Assembly: GCA_963839985.1 (NCBI GenBank)
Contig: CAWIXG010000002.1
Location: 58,758 to 122,757 of the forward strand
DNA from: an uncultured Alphaproteobacteria bacterium
GTDB lineage: Bacteria; Pseudomonadota; Alphaproteobacteria; Rhizobiales; Xanthobacteraceae
Direction of reading: 5' to 3'
DNA length: 64,000 bases
Positions 20,548-29,165 of the stretch are shown piece after piece (position 1 is the first letter of the stretch; every line of letters begins with the position of its first letter). The position numbers and the translations under genes were made by a program. Below the pieces are notes generated by a model. It was given only the letters and a program-made list of their open reading frames with translations, had not been told where the DNA came from and did not search any database.

Positions 20548-21501
20548 ATGCCCCTACGCCCCGATCTCGGGCCGAAGCCTCTCCTCGGCTATACCGCCAG
20601 CATTCTGGCGCGCGTCGCCGAGCGCCGGACCGACGGGGCGTTTCTCGCGGCCTGCGCAGCCGACGCGAAGGCCGGCACGTTCGCGATCGGGGGCGAGCTT
20701 GTGGTGATGCGGCGGACCGCCAATGGTGCCGATCCGCTGTTTTCCGCCGAGGAGGCACGCGCGCTCGCGCCGGTGTTCGAGACGGTGTTCCTCGGCCTTG
20801 CCGGCGACGCCGGCCGCTTCGGCATCGCGCTCGATCCCGAGACGACCAAGGGGCTGAAAGGCCGGCCCGATCTCGTGGTCACGGACTTGCGCTCGATCGC
20901 CGTGCAGGGCCTCGTCGCGCCCGATCATCTCGCGCCCCTTGCCGAGGCGAAGGCGCTGCTCGCCTGGCACGCGCGGCATCGCTTCTGCGCCAATTGCGGC
21001 GCACCGACGCGCATCTCGCAGGCCGGCTGGAAGCGCGAATGCCCGACCTGCAAGGTCGAGCACTTCCCGCGCACCGATCCGGTCGTGATCATGTTGGCGA
21101 TCCACGGCGAGCGCTGCCTGCTCGGCCGCGCCGGGCGCTTCGTCGCCAACATGTGGTCGTGTCTCGCGGGCTTTGTCGAACCGGGCGAGAGTATCGAAGA
21201 GGCGGCGCGGCGCGAGACCCTGGAGGAGGCCGGCATCACCTGCGGACGCGTCAAATACTTCGCCTCGCAGCCCTGGCCGTTCCCGATGTCGCTGATGATC
21301 GGCTGCCACGCGCAGGCGACCTCGAGCGACATCACGGTCGACCGCGAGGAACTCGAGGACGCGCGCTGGTTCACCCGCGAGGAGGTCGCGCAGATGTTCA
21401 CCGGCGAGCATCCGGACGGGATCAGCATTCCGCCGCCGATCGCGATTGCGCATCACATCATCCGCGCCTGGGTCGAAGAGGGCGACGGTGTCTTCGCCTG
21501 A
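20548..21501 (+). CDS. nudC: NAD+ diphosphatase (NADH pyrophosphatase, Nudix)
   Basis: ATG 20548 within ORF 20269..21501. A zinc ribbon (CANCGAP...CPTC) is followed by the Nudix box GFVEPGESIEEAARRETLEEAGI and SQPWPFP. Confidence 0.88.
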   Translation: MPLRPDLGPKPLLGYTASILARVAERRTDGAFLAACAADAKAGTFAIGGELVVMRRTANGADPLFSAEEARALAPVFETVFLGLAGDAGRFGIALDPETTKGLKGRPDLVVTDLRSIAVQGLVAPDHLAPLAEAKALLAWHARHRFCANCGAPTRISQAGWKRECPTCKVEHFPRTDPVVIMLAIHGERCLLGRAGRFVANMWSCLAGFVEPGESIEEAARRETLEEAGITCGRVKYFASQPWPFPMSLMIGCHAQATSSDITVDREELEDARWFTREEVAQMFTGEHPDGISIPPPIAIAHHIIRAWVEEGDGVFA

Positions 21502-21502
21502 C

Positions 21503-22408
21503 ATGAAACATGTGCTCTGCGCCGGCATCGCGGTGGTGGACCAGGTCTTTCGCGTGGAGACCTTTCCGCGCCCCGAGGTCAAAACCCAGGCGAGCGAATT
21601 CCGCACGGTGAACGGCGGCAACGCGGCGAATGCCGCAGTCGCGATCGCGCATCTCGGCGCGCGCGCAAGCTTCGCCGGCCCACTCGGCGGGCCCGCGGGC
21701 GTGGACAGCGTCGGCGACACATTCCTGCGGCTCGCCGCCAACGAAAACATCGACTGCACCGCCTGCCCGCGCGTCGCCGGCGCGCCGTCGTCGATGTCGG
21801 CCATTTGCATCGATGGGCGTGGCGAGCGGGCGATCGTCAACTACCGCGACGACCGGCTCAACGTGGCGCGGCCGGCCAACCCAGCCGCGCTGGTGGCGAA
21901 TGCGCACGCCGTAATCGCCGACAATCGCTTTCCGGAGTTCGTGCGCGACGTCTGCATCGCGGCGCGCGCGCGCGGCATTCCGACCGTGCTCGACGCCGAC
22001 GAGCCGCGCCGCGACAGCGACGAACTGCTCACGCTGGTAAGCCATGTGATCTTCTCGGCCGAAGGATTGCGCGCGACCGCCGGCACCGACCACCTCGGCC
22101 GCGCGCTGATCGACGTCAGCAGGCAGACCAAGGCCTTCGTCGCCGTCACCGACGGCGCGAACGACGTGGTCTGGCTCGACGACGGCGAATTGCGCCAGGT
22201 ACCTGCGTTCAAGGTGCACGTGGTCGACACGCTCGGCGCCGGCGATACGTTCCACGGCGCATTCGCGCTGATGATGGCCGAAGGCATGCACGAGCGCCCG
22301 GCGATGCGCTTTTCGGCAGCCGCCGCCGCGCTCAAATGCACGCGCTATGGCGGCATTTTGGGTGCGCCGAGCCGGCAAGAGGTCGAGGAATTTCTGAAAA
22401 AGAACTAG
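21503..22408 (+). CDS. PfkB-family carbohydrate/nucleoside kinase
   Basis: ATG 21503, 1 nt after the nudC stop. GGNAANAAVA at the N-terminus and the VDTLGAGDTFHGAF anion-hole motif near the C-terminus. Confidence 0.85.
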   Translation: MKHVLCAGIAVVDQVFRVETFPRPEVKTQASEFRTVNGGNAANAAVAIAHLGARASFAGPLGGPAGVDSVGDTFLRLAANENIDCTACPRVAGAPSSMSAICIDGRGERAIVNYRDDRLNVARPANPAALVANAHAVIADNRFPEFVRDVCIAARARGIPTVLDADEPRRDSDELLTLVSHVIFSAEGLRATAGTDHLGRALIDVSRQTKAFVAVTDGANDVVWLDDGELRQVPAFKVHVVDTLGAGDTFHGAFALMMAEGMHERPAMRFSAAAAALKCTRYGGILGAPSRQEVEEFLKKN

Positions 22409-22409
22409 C

Positions 22410-22568
22410 TTATTTCTTCTGCGCCGACGGGCACGGCGCGCCGCAGGGGGCGCAGGCTCCGGCAAAATCTTCCGGCGAAACCGCGCGCGCGGACGACGGG
22501 CTGGCGAGATGGTCGGCGATCACCGCCCCCAGTCCCGCGATCAGCACCAGTGCATAGACGATGCGCAT
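22410..22568 (-). CDS. small membrane-anchored protein with CxxCxxxC motif (below the ORF-track size cutoff)
   Basis: My own translation: MRIVYALVLIAGLGAVIADHLASPSSARAVSPEDFAGACAPCGAPCPSAQKK (52 aa). ATG 22568 lies 8 nt after the yeeE stop, with GAGGAG just upstream. Third-position GC is high throughout, and the orientation matches rhodanese-yeeE. Confidence 0.45.
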   Translation of the reverse strand: MRIVYALVLIAGLGAVIADHLASPSSARAVSPEDFAGACAPCGAPCPSAQKK

Positions 22569-22575
22569 GGGCTCC

Positions 22576-23721
22576 TCAGTCGCGCGAGAGGCCGAACAGC
22601 GGGCGCAGCCGGATGCCGATCAGGCAGCCGCCGAGCGCCGCCGCAAACCAGATCCAGCCGTGCAGCGAGCCCGACGCGACGCCGCCGAAGAACGCCCCAA
22701 TATTGCAGCCGAAGCCGATGCGCGCGCCCCAGCCCATCAGCAGCCCGCCGATGGCCGCAGCGATCAGCGAGCGCGCCGGCGGCCATGCGGTGCGGGCGAA
22801 CGGCTTTGTCGCTGCGGCCGCCGCCATCGCGCCGAGAATCATGCCCAGATCGGTGAGGCTCGATGTGTCGGAGAGGATCGATTCGGCGAGCGCGCGCTTG
22901 GGACCCGGCCACTGCCAGAACTCCGCGCCCGAGAAGTCGAAGCCGGCGAGCGCGGCGAGCTTGGCGCCCCACACCGTGAAGCCGAAGGTGACGCTCCACG
23001 GATGGTGGCCGGCGAGGAACACGCCGATCGCGAGCACGCCGATCACGATCGCGCCGACCATGATCAACGGTCGCGGCATGTAATTGGCGCGCCGCGCGCG
23101 GGCGTAGACGATGATCGCCAGCGCCACGGCTGCGATGCTCGCGAGCGTGACCACGAGCCCGCCCCACGGCCCGAAATAGGCCGACGCGAGCAGCGGATCG
23201 ATGCCGCCAAGTCTGAGGAACGCTGGCAAATGCAGGCTGCCGACGACGCTGCCCACGATGAACAGCGCGAGCGCGATCAACATGCGTCCCGAGCCGCCAC
23301 CCGCGGTGTAGAGCGTGCCGGAGCCGCAGCCGTTCGCGAGCTGCATGCCGATGCCGAACACAAACGCGCCGATGACGAGCGACGGACCGATCGGCGCGAT
23401 CGCGCCGCCAAAGCCCGGCACCAGCGCCGCGACCGGCACGATCACCAGCGCGGCGACCGCCGTGAGCAGCAGCGCGCTGAGCATGCCGCCGGCTTCGCCC
23501 TTGACCAGGAAACGGCGCCACGCGGCGGTGAACGAGAACTCGGTCTTGAGGAACGCGGCGCCGAGCGCGAAGCCGAGGATCACCAGGGCGGCCGAGGCCG
23601 GATGACCGTCGATCCACACCAGCGTGACCAGCACCGCGGTGCCGAGCAGCGCCGCGAGCAGGAACGGCCAGTCGAGCTTCGGCAGCCCCGCGGCCGGAGT
23701 TTCAACCGTCGTCGTACTCAT
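22576..23721 (-). CDS. YeeE/YedE-family sulfur-compound (thiosulfate) transporter
   Basis: Polytopic membrane protein with the duplicated YeeE/YedE Cys motifs (ANGCGSGTLY and GFGCNIGAFF). Confidence 0.85.
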   Translation of the reverse strand: MSTTTVETPAAGLPKLDWPFLLAALLGTAVLVTLVWIDGHPASAALVILGFALGAAFLKTEFSFTAAWRRFLVKGEAGGMLSALLLTAVAALVIVPVAALVPGFGGAIAPIGPSLVIGAFVFGIGMQLANGCGSGTLYTAGGGSGRMLIALALFIVGSVVGSLHLPAFLRLGGIDPLLASAYFGPWGGLVVTLASIAAVALAIIVYARARRANYMPRPLIMVGAIVIGVLAIGVFLAGHHPWSVTFGFTVWGAKLAALAGFDFSGAEFWQWPGPKRALAESILSDTSSLTDLGMILGAMAAAAATKPFARTAWPPARSLIAAAIGGLLMGWGARIGFGCNIGAFFGGVASGSLHGWIWFAAALGGCLIGIRLRPLFGLSRD

Positions 23722-23740
23722 GAATCCCGCCGAAAATAAA

Positions 23741-24718
23741 TTATGACCCGAAGCCGAGCTTCTTCTTCAGGTCATCCCACTTGGTGCGCGCCGAGGCAAG
23801 CGGGCGGCTCGCGTCGGAGGTCCAGTCGACCATCGAGCCGTAATAGAGCTTCACGTCCTGGCGACCGAGAATTTCCGAGAGCACGAACCAGTCTGTCGCC
23901 GCCCAGTGGCCCGTGTTGCAGTAGGCGACCGTCGGCCCGACCGGCACCGCGCTCGTGGCGAGCGCGGCAAGCTCGGCCTGCGGCTTCAGACGGTTGGCGT
24001 TCGCGTCGTAGAACGTTGCGCTGTCGAGGCTCACCGCGCCGGGAATGTGCCCATAGGCTTGCGCGGCGGGTGCCTTCTCCTTGCCGGCAAAGAACGAAGC
24101 CGGGCGCGCATCGACCAGGGTGGCGCCGCCGTCGCGCTCGATCGCCTCGACTTCGCGCGCGTCGACGAACAAGGATTTGTCGAGCGTCGCGGTGAAGATT
24201 TTCGGTGACGGCTTGCTCGACCCGCTCTGGAGCTCGTTGTTCCCCGCCGCCCAGGCCGCAAAGCCGCCGTCAAGAATCGACACGTTCGGCACGCCTGCGA
24301 CCTTCAAGGTCCAGTAGGTGCGCGCCGCCGAGCCGAAATCGGTGTAATGCACGCCGGCCGGAACAACGACCACATGCGTGTCCTCGTCGATGCCGGTCTC
24401 GCCGATCAGCTTCTCGAGCTCGGCCACGGTCGGCAGCATGAACGGCACGCCGCCGCGCGTGACGCGCCAGCCGGCCTTGTCGTAGTCGCTATGCACCGCA
24501 CCGGGGACGTGGCCCTTCAGATAGGCCTCGACGCCTCCGCCATCGATCGCGGAGCGGATATCGAGCACCAGCACGTCCGGGTCGTTCAGGTGCTGCTTCA
24601 GCCAGCCGGTCGACACCAGCGGCGGCGCGGTGCCGGCATGTCCCGGCACCGCGAGCGCGAACGACATCAACGCCGCGGCGGCGAGCGGACGGAGCAGGCG
24701 GAACAGGGACGCAGTCAT
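23741..24718 (-). CDS. secreted tandem-rhodanese sulfurtransferase
   Basis: ATG 24718 within ORF 23741..24817. The signal peptide is MTASLFRLLRPLAAAALMSFALAVPGHAG. Two rhodanese domains are present, with the active-site loop YCNTGHWA in the second. Confidence 0.85.
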   Translation of the reverse strand: MTASLFRLLRPLAAAALMSFALAVPGHAGTAPPLVSTGWLKQHLNDPDVLVLDIRSAIDGGGVEAYLKGHVPGAVHSDYDKAGWRVTRGGVPFMLPTVAELEKLIGETGIDEDTHVVVVPAGVHYTDFGSAARTYWTLKVAGVPNVSILDGGFAAWAAGNNELQSGSSKPSPKIFTATLDKSLFVDAREVEAIERDGGATLVDARPASFFAGKEKAPAAQAYGHIPGAVSLDSATFYDANANRLKPQAELAALATSAVPVGPTVAYCNTGHWAATDWFVLSEILGRQDVKLYYGSMVDWTSDASRPLASARTKWDDLKKKLGFGS

Positions 24719-24748
24719 GGCGGGCCTCGATAATTTCCAGCTTGAAAT

Positions 24749-24802
24749 AGAATATTCTTCTCTGTATGAACAGATACGGACGTTAAATAAGAATGATATT
24801 CT
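24749..24802. promoter_or_regulatory. two AGAAT/ATTCT inverted repeats in the divergent rhodanese / lrp promoter region
   Basis: Perfect 10-bp palindrome AGAATATTCT (24749-24758) and AGAAT-GAT-ATTCT (24790-24802). Both lie in a visibly AT-rich 136-bp divergent intergenic region, so they are candidate Lrp/AsnC operator sites. Confidence 0.35.
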
Positions 24803-24854
24803 ACCTCCTGCGATCATGCGGAACGGATCGTCTCAGAAACGAGGATTTTTTGGC

Positions 24855-25313
24855 ATGGACGCCATCGACCGGAAGATCCTTGCCGTGTTGCAGGAGGATT
24901 CGTCGCTGTCCGTCGCAGAGGTCGGCAGCCGTGTCGGACTATCCTCCACGCCGTGCTGGAAGCGCATCCAGAAACTCGAAGCCGAGGGCGTGATCCAGAA
25001 GCGCGTCGCGGTGGTCGATCCGGAGAAGATCGGCCTCGGCGTCACGGTGTTCGTCGCGATCGAAACCGGCGATCATTCGGAGGACTGGCTCAGCCGCTTC
25101 GCCGAGGCGGTGCGCGCGATGCCCGAGGTGATGGAATTCTACCGCATGGCCGGCGACGTCGACTACATGCTGCGCGTCGCGGTCGCGAGCATCCAGGACT
25201 ACGACGCGTTCTACAAGAAGCTGATCGCCGCGATCCCGCTGAAGAACGTGACCTCGCGCTTTGCGATGGAGCGGATCAAGCAGACCACCGCGCTGCCGAT
25301 CCCCGGCGCGTGA
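24855..25313 (+). CDS. Lrp/AsnC-family transcriptional regulator
   Basis: ATG 24855 within ORF 24630..25313. MDAIDRKILAVLQEDSSLSVAEVGSRVGLSSTPCWKRIQKLEAEGVI (HTH) plus a RAM/ACT-like C-terminus. Confidence 0.9.
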   Translation: MDAIDRKILAVLQEDSSLSVAEVGSRVGLSSTPCWKRIQKLEAEGVIQKRVAVVDPEKIGLGVTVFVAIETGDHSEDWLSRFAEAVRAMPEVMEFYRMAGDVDYMLRVAVASIQDYDAFYKKLIAAIPLKNVTSRFAMERIKQTTALPIPGA

Positions 25314-25379
25314 CGCGCGCAGCGCATGGTCGCGAAAGGTGTGAGGCGGTTTTCGGACAGGATCGCGCGCAGATAGGCA

Positions 25380-25949
25380 TCAAGGCGTGCGCGCGACCGT
25401 GTCCGAGAGGCGCGGCCGCATGTAGATCTGGTCTTTCAGATTCATCGTGCCGGTGATCACGTAGCCGATCGTCGGCGTGTAGGCGTATTGCGATTCCGCC
25501 CAGATCAGCGACGAACTCGGCGTGTTGAGCGCGGACGGCAGCGTCACGGTGGTGCCGGCGGCGCGCGCGGTCCCGTTCTTGGTGTCGCTCCAGGCGATCT
25601 TCGCCACGCCGGCGGCGTCGATCGTCACGCTCGACACCGTGATCTTCAGCTTGGAGTCCTGGTAGGGCACGATGATCGCGGTGGTGGCGTTGAGAATGTT
25701 GGTCATGTCGGAATTGGTGACCGTGGTCGCCTGGGCCACGAGGTCGCCGAGCGAGCGCGCGATCAGCGTCACCTTGCGGTCGATCGCGACGGCCTGCGAC
25801 ACCTCGACGCCGCCGAGATAGAGCGTCACCATCAAGGGCAGCAGCATCGCGAACTCGACCGCCGAGACGGCGCGGTTGTCGCGCAGCAGCCGGCGGATCG
25901 GCCGGCGCGCGCGTGCGATCAGGACGGCGGCATACATGGCGGGTCTCAT
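25380..25949 (-). CDS. TadE-like pilus assembly protein
   Basis: ATG 25949 within ORF 25380..26234. The TadE N-terminal signature is AVSAVEFAMLLPLMVTLYLGGVEVS. The start overlaps the upstream stop codon (ATGA). Confidence 0.8.
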   Translation of the reverse strand: MRPAMYAAVLIARARRPIRRLLRDNRAVSAVEFAMLLPLMVTLYLGGVEVSQAVAIDRKVTLIARSLGDLVAQATTVTNSDMTNILNATTAIIVPYQDSKLKITVSSVTIDAAGVAKIAWSDTKNGTARAAGTTVTLPSALNTPSSSLIWAESQYAYTPTIGYVITGTMNLKDQIYMRPRLSDTVARTP

Positions 25950-26533
25950 TGGTAGGGCTCGTTGCGGAATGCGGCGGTCGCGATGATCAGCCGCTTGCCG
26001 CCCGACATGTCGGCGAGGTTGAAGCCGAGCAGCGACACGTAGATCGGCCACTCGTACATCAGCCGGACCACCACGATGTCGCCGGGGTTGCCCGGCGTGT
26101 AGCCGAAATTGGTCTGCAGGTTGCCGTTGACGTCGATCGGCTTGTTGGTGCCGATCGAGGAGAATGACGAATAGGTCTTCACGTCGATCTTGATGCCGTT
26201 GGCGCAATCGAACAGGCCAAGGATCTTCGCGCATACCGCGCTCTTGAACTGCGTCTGCGAGAAGCTCGACTGCTGCGCCTGCCCGGTCATGATCAGGCGC
26301 GAGGAATCGGCGACGGCGGTTTCCAGGGTCTGGCTCGCGAAGAAGACGACCGCCGTCTCCATGATGGCGAACATCAGCGCCAGGAATGGCGCTGCCACGA
26401 TGCCGAATTCGACCGCCGCAATCCCGTCGTTGCCGCGCGCGAAACGGCGGATCGTCCTGATACGCAACAACCGCGCAGGGATCAGACGTTTGGTTCGGTG
26501 GGAAAGACCAGCCCGGATTGCCTGGATCATCAC
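25946..26533 (-). CDS. TadE-like pilus assembly protein
   Basis: GIAAVEFGIVAAPFLALMFAIMETAVVFFA is the TadE-like N-terminal domain. Confidence 0.8.
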   Translation of the reverse strand: MMIQAIRAGLSHRTKRLIPARLLRIRTIRRFARGNDGIAAVEFGIVAAPFLALMFAIMETAVVFFASQTLETAVADSSRLIMTGQAQQSSFSQTQFKSAVCAKILGLFDCANGIKIDVKTYSSFSSIGTNKPIDVNGNLQTNFGYTPGNPGDIVVVRLMYEWPIYVSLLGFNLADMSGGKRLIIATAAFRNEPYQ

Positions 26534-26718
26534 GCTACTCTCCGGATGCGCCCGGTGCGCATTGCACCGTTTCGTCGAGCGATACGACTATCCGGAGTGA
26601 TGCTTATCAAAAGCTCGTTGTCGAAGTGTTGCCGCGATGGCGTGCAGGAACCGCCGCCGCGTTCACGCGCCGCTAACCATTCGGAGAAGATAGAGGCGTA
26701 CGACCGCCGCACGGGCGT

Positions 26719-27216
26719 TCAGCGCGCCGCGCCCTTGGTTCCGGCCGAGATCGACTGGTTGTTGCGTGCGTCGGCCTGGCCGGACGCCGCCGTGAAATAA
26801 GCCGGCGAGTCGCCGAGCGTGATGCGGCGCTCGCAGTTCGGCGTACAGCTGTAGGTCTCGCGCTCGGCGCCGCGATAGACCGACACCGTCTGGTCGCCCG
26901 CGCCGCGCACCACCACCTGGCGCTCCATCAGCACCGCGCCGGCGCGATCGAGCACGATGATGTTGGTTGCGCCGTAGCCTTTGCCGGTGACGACCACCAG
27001 CCCGCCGGATTGCACCGCGACGTCGGCGATCAGCGGATTGCCCACCACGATGGTGGAGACCTTCTCCGGCAGCCGCATGATCGTCGCCTGATCGAGCACG
27101 ACGTTGAGCGGCGCGTCGGCAGCCGAGGCGCCGCGCGCCAGCAGGCTGCCGGCCAGCAGCGCAAGCGCCAGCACCGCGGCCTGGTGAGACCCGCGGCGAT
27201 GCATTTTAGACGTCAT
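26719..27216 (-). CDS. pilus-assembly N-terminal-domain protein (CpaC N-domain-like, secreted)
   Basis: ATG 27216 (or 27204) within ORF 26719..27384. A signal peptide is followed by LDQATIMRLPEKVSTIVVGNPLIADVAVQSGGLVVVTGKGYGATNIIV, which resembles the secretin N-terminal (T2SS/T3SS pilN-type) domain. Confidence 0.7.
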   Translation of the reverse strand: MTSKMHRRGSHQAAVLALALLAGSLLARGASAADAPLNVVLDQATIMRLPEKVSTIVVGNPLIADVAVQSGGLVVVTGKGYGATNIIVLDRAGAVLMERQVVVRGAGDQTVSVYRGAERETYSCTPNCERRITLGDSPAYFTAASGQADARNNQSISAGTKGAAR

Positions 27217-27664
27217 CGCAACTCTCCGCCGACTCATAACTGTCCTCTGGTCAGCGCATTTACGCAGACCGCTGGCGCCCACTGTGCCTGCAAATTGGTG
27301 AATGAAGTGCAAATGCAGCGTGTTCATGACCGTCGCGCTATCCCACCGCAGCATAGTGTTCGGCTTTTTCGGTTCCGCTCTCAAAGTATTTGCGGTCTAT
27401 ACCGGCAAACAATTTCGCTATTACATAGCGGCAGTGACGCGGTTTCTAAGATAAGACGAAACAATATGGCGATTTTTACATTGTGATTTCACAGAAATAG
27501 AATCTTAACCACGTTGCTAACCTCATAATTGCCCTCGGTATTCATTGATCGGGTTAACTTCGCCGCAATTGATCGTTGCTAAGTTGCCTCATCGCAACGG
27601 GACAAAAAGACCCGAGCGCCAAAGTGCTCAGACAGCTCACGTGTGGATCCAAAGGAGCCTACCC

Positions 27665-27829
27665 ATGAAGACCCTCGTTACGCGTTTCGTGAAGGACGAG
27701 TCGGGTGCGACCGCCATCGAGTATGGCCTGATCGCCGCCGGCATCTCGGTCGCCATCATCACCGTCGTCGGCCAGCTCGGTTCGAAGCTGAACACGACGT
27801 TCGGCAGCGTCAAGAACGCGCTGAACTAA
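27665..27829 (+). CDS. flp: Flp-family type IVb pilin (copy 1)
   Basis: AGGAG precedes ATG 27665. MKTLVTRFVKDESGATAIEYGLIAAGISVAIITVVGQLGSKLNTTFGSVKNALN carries the G/ATAIEYGLI processing motif. Confidence 0.9.
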   Translation: MKTLVTRFVKDESGATAIEYGLIAAGISVAIITVVGQLGSKLNTTFGSVKNALN

Positions 27830-27854
27830 CCCGATCTGCGACTGCGACATGAGA

Positions 27855-27886
27855 GGGCCCCGGCGCATTCCGGGGCCCTTTCGCTT
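27855..27886 (+). terminator. rho-independent terminator after flp copy 1
   Basis: Stem GGGCCCCGG (27855-27863), loop CGCATT, stem CCGGGGCCC (27870-27878), followed by TTTCGCTTT. Confidence 0.7.
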
Positions 27887-28054
27887 TGACGGTTATCGAT
27901 TTGCCAACAAAATGCCGACAGATCGCATCTGACTTTTGGAACAATTTCGACCAGTTCTTCTAACCCGATATTCAAATCTCCCCGCTAGCTTGGAACCCAT
28001 CAGGCATCTGCCGGACCGTCCCGGCTGGGCACTGACAAATTCGGGAGAGGCTCA

Positions 28055-28216
28055 ATGAACGTTCTGAAATCCTTCTTGCGCGATGAGAGCGGGGCGACCG
28101 CGATCGAGTACGGTCTTATTGCGGCAGGCATCTCGGTGGCGATCATCACGGTCGTCGGCCAGCTCGGTTCCAAGCTCGACACCACCTTCGGCAGCGTGAA
28201 GAACGCGCTGAACTAG
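28055..28216 (+). CDS. flp: Flp-family type IVb pilin (copy 2, below the ORF-track size cutoff)
   Basis: My own translation: MNVLKSFLRDESGATAIEYGLIAAGISVAIITVVGQLGSKLDTTFGSVKNALN. The mature part differs from copy 1 by one residue (N to D). Confidence 0.88.
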   Translation: MNVLKSFLRDESGATAIEYGLIAAGISVAIITVVGQLGSKLDTTFGSVKNALN

Positions 28217-28393
28217 GCTTCGCGAGCATCCGCGCAACGCTTTCGCGCGTCGCGGGCGGCTCTTTTCCAGCGTGCGGCAGCGCATGGCGGAATGGAGCAG
28301 CCCGCGGCGCGCTAACCGTTCGGAAACGCCGTTGCGCCTATGCTTCCGGGCGCCCGCCGCCACGATGAGGCGGCCGCCCACCGAGGTCCCGCC

Positions 28394-28900
28394 ATGGTCG
28401 CCGACGCAATCAGGCTGCTGCTGTTTCCGGCGCTGATGGCCTTCGCGGCCTCGAGCGACCTCATCACCATGACGATCTCCAACCGCATCTCGCTGGTGCT
28501 GATTGCGGGCTTCTTCGTGCTCGCGCTGATGACCGGCATGCCGCTCTCCCAGATCGGCATGCATGTCGGCGCGGCGGCGGCCGTGCTCGTGGTCGCGTTC
28601 GTGTTCTTCGCGCGCGGCTGGATCGGCGGCGGCGACGCCAAGCTCGCGGCCGCGACCGCGATGTGGCTCGGCTTTGACCAGCTCTTGAATTATGTGATCT
28701 TCGCCTCGCTGTTCGGCGGCATCCTGACGATCGCGATCCTGCGCTTCCGCATGATACCGCTGCCGGGCGCGCTCGCGCGCCAGGAATGGGCGCAGCGCCT
28801 GCACCGCATGGACACCGGCATCCCCTACGGGATCGCGCTCGCGCTTGCGGCGCTGATGATCTATCCCGACACGCCCTGGATGAAATCGCTCGGCATGTGA
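28394..28900 (+). CDS. cpaA: A24-family prepilin peptidase
   Basis: ATG 28394 within ORF 28340..28900. It is polytopic, with catalytic Asp contexts SSDLITMTISN and GGGDAKLAAA. Confidence 0.88.
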   Translation: MVADAIRLLLFPALMAFAASSDLITMTISNRISLVLIAGFFVLALMTGMPLSQIGMHVGAAAAVLVVAFVFFARGWIGGGDAKLAAATAMWLGFDQLLNYVIFASLFGGILTIAILRFRMIPLPGALARQEWAQRLHRMDTGIPYGIALALAALMIYPDTPWMKSLGM

Positions 28901-29165
28901 TTGCCGGCGCGCCAGGTTGCCGGCGCGAATCCTGTCAGTTCGGCCGCGTAGAGCGATGGCCGGAGCTCATAACCACGACATCCTGAAAGCTCGCGTTGAG
29001 CGCGGTTATGGACCGCGGGCTCGCGCGCGCCGTGCTGACGAGCGCGCCGCAAGATTGCGTTAACTCAAATTCGATACGCGCCATTAACCATGGATTGACG
29101 GTTAAGTGGTGAAATCCACGTGTCGGCCGCGTTCGGCCACGGCGTCATCGTGGAAAGTAAGCGTA

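Noticed and set aside
27501-27565. Possible CtrA boxes (TTAA-N7-TTAAC) upstream of flp, at TTAACCACGTTGCTAAC and GTTAACTTCG. Similar TTAAC clusters lie at 29060-29110 and 39010-39030.
   Set aside because: Only half-sites or wrongly spaced pairs are present; no full consensus box was found. They are mentioned only as part of the AT-rich region finding.
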